Below are positions 50,592 to 64,000 of a stretch of 64,000 nucleotides of DNA, piece by piece (the first letter of the stretch is position 1; each line of letters begins with the position of its first letter). The DNA comes from the human T2T-CHM13v2.0 reference genome, Homo sapiens: the NCBI RefSeq assembly GCF_009914755.1, contig NC_060938.1; one strand, written 5' to 3'. The translations under genes were made by a program, and so were the position numbers. The notes beneath the pieces are model-generated. The model did no database searches. It had not been told where the DNA came from and worked only from the letters and a program-made list of their open reading frames with translations.

Positions 50592-52399
50592 CTTATTATT
50601 TTTTAAAAGAGCAAAAATAAAGAACAAATGTTCCTGACTTGTGAAAGAACTAGTTTCTTACAATAATTTAACTTGTTTGCTGTTATTTTAAAATATTTTA
50701 TTGTCACTTTGATTAAATAAACAACCAAGTACTATTTCTCAGGATTCATCATGCTATCTTAGTCAAGTAACCAAATCTCCAACAACTTTTGATTTTGCCT
50801 TCTCAAATTCAGATCCTAAAATTAGAAAACTAGGTTGTCTTTTATTCTAAATCTATTCTTGTGAGTTGCCCAAGGGACCCTGGAAAATCACAAAGATTTA
50901 TTATTTTACCTTATGAAGAGAAATGCTGGAAATAAATGTTCAGTATGTTCCATATTTTACAATTACCTTGACACTATTGTAAGAGCTATATAGGAAAAAT
51001 TGTCAAATCAGAAGACATGCATGTTCAATCTTTCTTTGTTAAGTTTGCATAGGTAAAATGTTATTAATATAAATATTTTAGAAACTGCATGTTTTATGGG
51101 AGGCCTCTGAGATTTATCAGTACTCTTTATTCTTATCCTCAGGAAAAACATTGATCAAACCCTTATGAAATAGTTATGTACTGTATCCCAAAAGAGAATA
51201 TGACTTTCCTTCATTCTGATATTCTTAGTCACTATAATAAATTGACCACTGTCATTGTTTTATTATTAAACAACTGTCAGCCTCCCTTAGATATTTGCCT
51301 GAAGGCTATTCTATAAGCTACAGATGAGTTTAATTTTTTTTTTTTTTTTTTTACACAAAGAAAGGCAGTTTCAGGGCCTCATGGGATGAATGCTACCAGG
51401 TACTCTAAAGTGTTTACACTTTAAAGAATAGATACTTGGATATATGCTTCAGAACTCTCTTTGCTTAGACAAGTTTTAGATTTTTACCAGTGGACTGAGT
51501 TAGGAATTCCAGGACTTTTGTTAGCCCTATAGCAGATACGCTTGATGAAAGCAAAAGGTAGACTATTTGGCCCAACATGTAGTGGAACAAGAATGATCTA
51601 CATAGGACTAAATTAATTGATAGGGAAAGTTAAATTATGGTTATTTATTTGAAATATTGTTGATGTTATTTTTAATGTTTCATTTTTAATGGGTATATGA
51701 GGAAACTCTTAAGCTTTCACTAGCTTTCAATTTAGGAAACTTTGCTTCTTAAACAGAAATAAAATATTTTAATGATATCTGATTCACATTGACTTCAGAA
51801 TTCAGAAATAATTCTACTGAGTGTTATTTGTTCAATAGTAATAAAACTGTTTGTATAGGCTCAGTAAGAATCTGTCCTTCTTTTAACCAGGATACAATTG
51901 GACAAACTGATTGTGCAACTGACTCCACACAAATCTCATTTAATCAGGTATGACATACCCCCATTAAGAAGCATCATTTGGCTTTATATAAGGAGCCTAT
52001 GCTATTTGCAATATGTTTATTCTCAGAAAACATCTTGTTGAAAGGTTATAATCAAACAAGAAATGAACCATATCAGAAACTAAAATACAGGAAATTGAAG
52101 AAGACAGAAAACAGTGAGAATCAGTTTAAATTATCTATTATACAGAAAATAAATTATCTGGAAATATATTACACAAGTGCCAAATTGGGATTTCTAAGAC
52201 AGAAGGAACCTACCACAAGAAATCTTCTAGTAGTCTAGGACAAAAAGTATTAAAATCTAGTAAATATCTCAGCAAAGACAAGAATTGGACTGGAAGGGGC
52301 AGAGTAAAAATATTCCAAAGGTCTCATAGCAGTGGGCCAGGACAGAGCACAGGAAGTGGTCCAAAAATATCATTTTATTGGGATGAGAGGGAAGAAGGG

Positions 52400-54640
52400 A
52401 GAAAAATGGAACATGTTTATAAGTTTATTTCAAATATCAGTAAAGACAAATGTATCTGATTTAGAACAGACAAATGAAAGGTGTTTCTAACAGGAAAATA
52501 TGGAAGAAATTCCAAATTAATAAGAGAAAAAGTGGAAGAAACAGCAATTCGATTTTACCAGAGAAAAAGGAATGGGAAAAAGTGGCAACTTTAATGGAAA
52601 TTAATATTAAGCATAAGGAAAGTTGGAAGAAATAAGATCAAATATATGTTATTTTACTAAATATAAATGCACTATGTTCTGTCATTGAAAGAGAGACTAT
52701 CAGGTTGTGTTAAAAATTACAACTTAGTCACATGATTTATATAAGAAACACCCTTAAAATAACTGGTTGAATATAAAAGAATTAACAAAAAAAGACCAGA
52801 CAAATGCAAACAAAAAGAAGCCAAACTGGAATATTAATTTTAAAAAGGTAGAATTTAATGTTAATGGCACTAAACCTAGAAAATAAGACATTACATGATA
52901 AAAGGCACAATTTTTGAGGAAGATTTAGCTATCAAAACCTTCTATACACCAAGTAATACAGGAGACGAATAAATATATAAGAACAATTGGAAATTCAAGT
53001 AGAAGATGAAAACATAAACACTGTTTTAGTGGGAGACTTCAATATACCCATTTTAGAAATAAGAATATAGATAAAGAATACAATTAATATCATCCTTATT
53101 TCAGAGAAAATACTTTTTTATCTATGCAAAAATTATAAAAATTGTTAATATATTTAGCCACAAAGAAAATTTTAAAATTCAAAAAAGTAGAGATTTAGCA
53201 GACATCTTAAAAGTTGTGTTCTCTGATTTTAATCTTATAAAATTAGAAAAAAATTTAATAAAATCTTAGAAATGCAGAAATAAAAAATTATATTTATAGA
53301 TAATCTCACTGGTTGATGAGAAAATAAAAAGGAAGCAATAGATATCACTTTATTCCCAAATCGAATAGAACACAATCTAAGTTGTGCTTCATTATTAAAG
53401 ACCAGATAATAGCTAAACATAAGGGTATAAAATTTGTCTAGGTACAGTTAAAGAGATCAATAGAACAGAATAGAAAGTCTAGTGACAGACACAAATGCAT
53501 GTAAGAATTTAGTAAAGTAAAAGCACCATTTAATTGCCATGGTGACAGGAAAAATTATTCAATATTTTTTTTAGAGGGGGCCAACCAGTTATTTACTTGG
53601 AAGCAAAATAATTAGGTCTAATAAAACTTTCATTACACATTAAAACAATTTCTTGAGAAATTAAAAACTTAAATGTACCGAGATAAATGATATAAATTTT
53701 AAAGAAAATATAAGTGAAAGTTTAAAAACTGGGCTATGCAAAGATTTTCTAAGCAGAAGGTAGAATACAGAAGTAAAAATGACTAAAGTTTAATAGATTT
53801 CAAATCCTAAACGTTTGAAACTTTCATAGTTCTAAACTCCATGAACAGAAGTGAGAGGTAGATAACAAAGCAGGAAAAGTGTGTTAGCTGGAGAGTCAGT
53901 GGGCAAGGACTTAAATTCTTCAATATGTAATTACACTTAGAAATCAATAAAAGAGAGGCAATGATTGGATAAGGAATATGGACAAGAAATTCTCAAAAGA
54001 AGAAATGGAAATGATAAATAAACATAAAACTATATAGTCTCACTAGTGATCAAAAAAATATATATATTTCAAGGAAATGTATATATATGTATGTATCCAC
54101 ACAAACACACACATATATACATACACAAAAAATAATTGGACATCATTTTTTACCTATTAAATTTCTAAAGATTAAAATTATGTTAATACTCAATGTAGAT
54201 GAGGATATTTGGAAAAAAGCACTTTCATATTCTGCTGCTGGGTATGTGCAGCATTTCTGGAGTATAATTTAGAAATGCTTTTTGGTTTCTGAAATATTTC
54301 ATTGAGAAAATAATAACTCAAGATATTCATCATAGAATTCTATATCAAATAATTGAATACTCATGTATTAAACTATGCATATAATTATTTACAATAACAT
54401 TGTGGGATGAAATTTAATAAGATGGACAATAAATATTTAATAAATGATAGCACAATAAAGTATAAAGTAATTTAAAAAATACATTTAATTTTTAGAAACA
54501 AGAGTAGAAGGATAATTTTTTAAACATTAACGATTTACTCTGGGTCATGAGATTTGTAGGTAATTTTAGTTTTCTTCATTTTGTTAATGTATGTTATTAG
54601 AGTTACAAAGAACATTAATTTCTGGTAAAAATAAAGCCAT
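52400..54640 (+). mobile_element. Ancient L1ME ORF2/3' remnants
   Basis: tataaatgcactatgttctgtcattgaaaga; gtgggagacttcaataccc; gatcaatagaacagaatagaaagtc. Confidence 0.65.
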
Positions 54641-54977
54641 TTATAAGAAAATGACAATACCCTTAGATTCTGTTATCCATATACCCTTTAAGTATAGAAC
54701 TAGCTTATATATACAACTTCAACTTAATTTCCAAATATCTTTGGCTTGAAAAAGATAAATCCTTTGAGTATGAGATTAGAAGGCTGATATCTCTGTGTTT
54801 ATTTTTTAAAGCAGAGTTAGATTTTGGGAGAAAAATAACTCTGTCTGATTCCCTGGATTTTTGCCAACAATTTTTGGGTATGTATGTGTGTGTGTTTTGC
54901 ACGTAAAATTTTAAAAATGCTTAGCTGGACAAGATGTGTTTTATTAATGACATGTAGCATAGCCAAAGTTTAATTTT

Positions 54978-55270
<293 letters not shown>

Positions 55271-55432
55271 CAAAGTTTAATTTTAAATTCATTCAGAAGT
55301 GTATTCCTGAGATACTTAAACACTAATACCAGGTTCCTAAAATATCTGCCCAGAAACTTTCAGAAATTTTAATTAATATTCCAAAGAAAAATTATTTCAA
55401 ATTATTTAACCTCTCATTAAAACTCATTTTCT

Positions 55433-57893
<2,461 letters not shown>

Positions 57894-58560
57894 AGGTCAA
57901 AAATATGAAAACATGAAACATGAAAACAAATTTCTAGCTTCTCCAAGTTACTCTTTGTGTACCTACACAACCATGTGCCAATTCTTAGGGTCAGCCCTAG
58001 GAAAGGCTGTGAAGTACGGGACATGGTAAGAAGATGTTAGGGTCCAAAAAATTGTTCTTAGTGCCATATGTTCATAAGTGGAGAGTGACTCAGAGGGATT
58101 TCAACTCACTGTATAGCTGAGTAAGAACCTTTGGAATCAGGAAATCTGTCATCCTACTTTGGAAACTCTACCCTAAATGGATCAGGTTTAACCATGACCA
58201 AAGTCTATTGAGGCAATTCAAGACCACCCATCCCACCTAATCCTACACCACCCTACAAAAATTTCTACATTTAGGATCTTCAAGATACTTAATATATTGC
58301 AGAAAGTCAGCTTTTAAGGAGCAAATAAAGAAGGGAACACCTGTCTAAACAGGAAGCAAATGGTGGCCACTTAGTCTCATTTCAGGATCCAGTTTCGCCC
58401 CCAGATCTGCAAGTCTTTGGCTCGGCTCCCTGAGTCACTCCGGCTCCTGACTTCTGAAACACACTCCTGGTCTTGGTTGTTTTTGTTAGTGCAAGAAGCT
58501 CTGTCATTGGAAACAGATTGGAATGTAAAAGTTGTACTAGTAATATTAATTAGAAAACCA

Positions 58561-59108
<548 letters not shown>

Positions 59109-60380
59109 TTATTCCTGGACTGTAAAGTATTTCTCTCTTCTCTGGGAGTATACTGATTTAAGGAATAGGTGACAACAGCCAGGAGAGCCATGTAACTCTG
59201 TCTGTCTGTCTTACTTTCTTTTTGTTGTAAGGTGTTGAATTATTGGAATGAGATCTATGTTTAACTCTGGGGGAATTTGATTGATAAAGGCCTTAACATT
59301 CAGACAATTATTATGCCTATAACTCTCCTTGAGTTTCACAACAGAATAAAGCAAGTACTCTTTTACTGTGTAAGTTTTAAAATAAATACTACTGAGATCC
59401 CTGAGTGGGTAGTCATTTGTAGTGTTGTTCTTGACATGGACTTCAGTTTTCTAATTGAGAAAAAGTCAGAGAGATGAGAAAACGGAGAACGCTTGGTATT
59501 GATTGGTAGAATTTTATAAAATTGCTGATCATGAAGGGATCTTGGGGTAAATAACATCAGCCCCTCAAACTTAACAGAAAAAGGAATAGAAGGTCAAAGT
59601 CACACCTGTAATGTCACATTATGAATGGTAGAATTAGGGCCAGAGAGTGCAAGTGAGTTTCATGTTACCAGAAGTTACAGACTCCAAAGTTATTTTGGTT
59701 TTTGGAAATAGTGACTGATGTGATATTGGTATTTAAATGTATATTCTTAAACTCTTTTTCATTTCCCTCTTCCTGTCTCTCTAGAGCTCTGCCTTCATGC
59801 TTCTCTTTTTTTTTCTGTTTGTTCTATTGTCTTTGAAGAATGTGCAATCTCATAAACAAAAGGAACAACTTTTAGAAATGAAGATAACTTCAGGTTTTTT
59901 CCTCTTTTTTCAAGGATCATTTGCGAGCAATTGAGAATCCATGTTAGAGTCAAACATGAATTTCCGTGTATAGAAATTCCATGTATAGAGATCCATTTAA
60001 GTCATAAATTAAGGTAATGGGGCATGAGATTTCTTTAAAACACATTTTCAGAACTGGCTTCCAAAAGGTGATACCCACCATATATCAGTTTCTAAGAGAG
60101 TCTGGAAAGATGCAACCCACTGAATTAGTTTACACTTCCTATCCAATGGTCTTCGAAAGTATTTAGCTGTATTTTCCCTGTGAGTATACTCTGCCTGGAA
60201 ATTACTTTCGGAATTAGCTACAATACCTCTTTCTGGTCACTAGGGTGTCATTGAACAAATTGCTCCTAAGTGTTCTTTAGTGGCTGGAAAGAATTAAGTT
60301 GAGAATCTCAATATAATTTTTAAAAAGAAGACAACTCCATATTGCAAACATTTCTGAAAAGTAATTCCATTGTTAGGTTT

Positions 60381-60790
60381 GTTCATTCATTCAGCAAACA
60401 TATACTGAAACATATACCTATCATAGGGTAGGTTCTTTATTAGGCACTGGAGAAACAAGATTAAAGTAATCCCTGACTCCCAAAAGGTAAGTCTAGCAAG
60501 ACAGTAGCAAGTCACATTTAAATATAATGTAAAATTGCCTAGAAAGAGGCATCCACAGGGTTGCCTAAGTAGATTGGGCTGTAGTGCTAGAAGTGGTGTC
60601 ATGGTAGAATGATGGTGATGGGGTGGTTGGATGGTAGGGAAAGAGAGGGAGATGGTGGTAGCAGTAGTAGAGTGGTGGAGGTTGGTGTTGATGGCTGGGG
60701 TGGGGATCTGAGAAAGCTTCTTGAAGAAGGTAATTTTTCAATTGAACACTGAAGGATAAATAGCAATTAGTCAAATGGAAGAGTAGCATG
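60381..60790 (-). mobile_element. L2 3' fragment with an internal GGT-rich low-complexity stretch
   Basis: gttcattcattcagcaaacatatactga...gagaaagcttcttgaagaaggtaa. Confidence 0.65.
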
Positions 60791-61744
60791 TTTCCTTATT
60801 CTTGCCCCTGAGTGCCCCAAACATATATGCAATGTATTTCATTTCAAATTCCAACTTATGTGACATGAGAACAACTCTGAGAGATTCTTCAAGTTCTCAT
60901 CCTAAAACTTGGCTTGGCTCTTCTGATGTGTGGTATGCATCGTCACAACTCTCTGTACATTTGTAACCTATTCCACTGGAGAATGTATTATACACCACAA
61001 TTTTTGCCCTCCTGTCAGTGTTTGATTCAAAGCATTATCTTCTCCATCGCCTTTGCTCTAGCAAAAAGTATACCATGCATCATCAGACCACCTAGTAACA
61101 CTGACAGTTTTATATATCCCTGAGAAATCACTTTTGTAGCTGAAAGGCCCAAAAAGTTGTAGAGCAGAATTTTGGAGAAATAAGCAAAATAAAGACAACC
61201 TGTTAAATTCTCTAGTGGTGATGCACTTTACAAAAGTAGCATTCAGGGGACTAAGGTCACTGAGGTGAGAAAAATGATGCATGAGGCTGTCACAGAAATC
61301 TCATCTGTGTACTACAACTTTTAATCTGTTCCAGGTCAGTAGGGATTTAAAACGCCTGGAAAACAGGAATGGGGCAGTCAGGACATTCCTCAAGGGATCC
61401 TCAAAAGAAATATAGACTTTTTATGTCTTTCTTGCCATAGAGACCATGAAACCATGAAGTTCTTGACACCTGGACACATACTGGTCTCTGCTTAACACAC
61501 CAACACATCTGCTTCTGATCTTCTAGCAGTTGTTTTCATTTTAGTTTCCATCAACATGTTCTCTGTTTTACTAATAAGTATTATTCTCTTCAACAGCTTT
61601 CCTAATCACCTATCTCTCTATCTACCTATCTATTTCTTGATCATCCGCAAAATTGATTGGCGATAGAAGACACTACCTATTTGTAGTACTGACTTGAATT
61701 GAAATGAAAAATCAGGCAAGTAGTGGTGAGTGTTTTCTAATATT

Positions 61745-61950
61745 GATAGCTATTATTTAGTGAGTGCTTATTCTGTGCCAGGCATTGTCTAGTTGATTAA
61801 AGGATAATTTCCCATGTATAATACACCTTCCAGGTGTGTGTTATTATCATTTCACAAATAATACATATGTATAAAGGTAAAAGGATTTCAAAGACCATGT
61901 ATTAGAAAGTAGGAAAAGCAGAATTTCAACCCGAGCCAATGTTCTTTCCG
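61745..61950 (-). mobile_element. MIR SINE
   Basis: atagctattatttagtgagtgcttattctgtgccaggcattgtcta. Confidence 0.55.
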
Positions 61951-62390
61951 CCACATCCAATCAATTTTAATCTTTCATAGATGTACATGACTTAGAAATG
62001 TTCTAATTAGCCTTCACTACACTTGAACTACAGATGCTTTCTAAATGTGAAGCAGATAAATCGGATCATTTCAAGAAATTTAGATATATGACCCTTAGAC
62101 TGAAAAGTTTAAAAGTAGTAATGCAGGAGACTTTGTAGTGGAGAAGAAGAAAATTTCACAGATAAATGGAATCTGAACTAAAAACTGTAAAGATATATGA
62201 GAGATATAGAATAGAGAGGGGAAGATATTTTAGGAAGAGGGATATTATTTTGAGGAAATGTCACAGATAAGTATATTCATAAAAAGTGATGATAATCTGA
62301 TTTTCCACTGATTGTATTGATAGTTTAAAACCTGAGCAGTACCAGGATGGGAAGTCAGGACCAAACAGCTGTGAAGGACTTATTGGTAAA

Positions 62391-62889
62391 TGTAGGGTCC
62401 TCAAATTTCTCCCTGCCTTTTCTTTCTGTGTCCTGACCAGAAAAATCACAGAGTGACTTGACTGCTCTGTGATCCAGCCAGCTGCAGGTTTTTCCCCACA
62501 GGCTTGAACTCAAACCAGGGCCTTGAACCTTCCCAGATACTGATAAAAGTATCGAGGTTGTTGCCCCAAACACTGAAAGTAACAGGTCCCATCCCTGAGC
62601 CAAATTCCTTTAACTCCCATATAAACTTGATATGCTGACCCATCCACTGCAGGATATAACCTGGGTAGAACACCCCTTTTCTCTTGCTGTCCTTTGCGAG
62701 GACTGCTGCAGCCCGCTCTGTGCTTTCCTCTAAGAAATGGTTTGGACTGATCACCCTGGCAATTAGTGCTTCTGTCTTAGGAACCTCAACCTGCCTTATC
62801 TCGGGATGGTTTGGGGCACTGTCTTGTGGGAATTCCCCTCACTGCTGCTTTTGGGGTGATTCCAGCTGTGGGTTTGGCAGGATGAAACA
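62391..62889 (+). mobile_element. ERVL solo LTR (MER73/LTR53-like)
   Basis: TG...CA ends; aaatcacagagtgacttgactgctctgtga, ccagctgcagg, ccctgagccaaattcc, TATA-like catataaa. Confidence 0.7.
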
Positions 62890-63515
62890 GGCATGGAGAT
62901 TAAGGTTATACTTAACCTTTTGCTGGGGGTGAGCTCTGAGAGAAATGGTTTCTCCTCACTTCAGAAAGAAAAAGAAGCAGAATTTCCTTGCATTTCATGA
63001 AAAGTCCCCAAATCTATATTTATGAGAATACCAATGTCAACCAGTGCCTTTGGAAGGCAAAGCTCTGTGGACTATGTCAGAGGACTGAGGTATGAAAAAG
63101 TTTATAATTATTAACCCCTCCTCTTGCCTTTACAAAAACATCTGGTGCACCAACTTTCTTCAACCAGAAATCTTTCAAAGCATGAAGTTAATAAATGAGA
63201 ATGTAATAGGTCTGATAATGGTATGGACTCTATGGGAAATAGCAAATTAGCTAATAATTTTTCTAACTTTTACAGGATTCAAATGGAATTTTCACTTTAA
63301 GCCTTCTTTGGAAGTAATATATTTTTGTTTTTCAAGTCCGGAACAAAGAAAGAACAAAGATGATTTGATGTAGTGCAGCAGTTTGAAGATAGGTAAGCTG
63401 GGGGAGAGTGAGTAGGGTTAGCAGTGATGCAGACCTGAAGGTGTTCAGGGCATGCCAAGGGATTCCATAATATCACATGCTTCACAGGTGACCATGCCAA
63501 CGCAGCAGAAAGCAG

Positions 63516-63649
63516 CAAGGCCAATATTCAGCTGGTATGCTGCAGTCCTACATACCACTTGGCATCAGTTTTTGATGGGTTAGGCATCTGTTCCATTTAG
63601 GTGAGGCCCATGCTATACTTGTTGTTAAATATTTTAAATATCCACCCCC
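63516..63649 (-). mobile_element. MER53-like hAT MITE
   Basis: aatattcagctggtatg ... ttgttaaatattttaaatatccaccccc termini. Confidence 0.5.
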
Positions 63650-63653
63650 AAAA

Positions 63654-63963
63654 CAAGGCCAGCTACATTATTTGTGGGGCATAGCGCAGAAAGAAAATGT
63701 GGGGTTCCTTATTCAAACAGCAGGAAAACATTACTGTTAAAGATACTAAAGTATGAAGATTTTTCTTTCTTCTGTAGTCTTTATCTCACCTTGTCATGGT
63801 ATTTTTAATTTACTATGTCATTCTACGTTTAATACATTAACAATTGAATAAATACACTTTATAAAAATTTCAAAATGGTGACGGCAGGGCATTAAGCCAA
63901 GTGCATGGCCCATTTGAGTGTGTGTTTCTGCACACAGGTCGAATGCCCATTAAACTAATCTTG
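63654..63963 (+). mobile_element. MER45-like hAT-Tip100 element
   Basis: caaggccagctacattatttgtggggc...gaaaatgtgggg...gcacacaggtcgaatgcccat. Confidence 0.65.
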
Positions 63964-64000
63964 TCTGGAAAGTTAGAAAGTCTCAAACTTTAATAGCATC

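Noticed and set aside
60234-60252. CTCF-like TGGTCACTAGGGTGTCATT
   Set aside because: Spacing breaks the core consensus at key positions.

Overview
Eukaryotic, AT-rich, repeat-dense primate DNA, almost certainly human: it carries an Alu with all five AluYa5 diagnostic bases and an AluYi6-type Alu, each with intact target-site duplications (TSDs). I found no host protein-coding gene, rRNA/tRNA gene or CRISPR array. The long ORFs are mostly transposon-derived (L1 ORF2, THE1/MaLR internal ORF, Alu antisense) and the rest look like chance ORFs. The window is a layered record of retrotransposition: MIR/L2, old L1M, MaLR/ERV LTRs, hAT DNA transposons, 9 Alus and 2 L1PA insertions. Best-supported structural highlights: a twin-primed 5'-inverted L1PA with a 15-bp TSD and a frameshift-created 427-codon RT ORF; an old L1MC whose 5'UTR is fused directly to the inter-ORF region with ORF1 missing; a ~100-bp orphan poly(A)-tailed insertion; a 3x62-bp tandem repeat whose CpG decay records its duplication order; a ~130-bp duplication with a fold-back hairpin at its breakpoint; and a THE1 cut by a deletion. 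A strong CTCF motif and several enhancer-like motif clusters lie in unique sequence. I do not see a convincing novel biological system. Subfamily names come from recalled consensus sequences and need RepeatMasker/Dfam confirmation; boundaries of old repeats are approximate.
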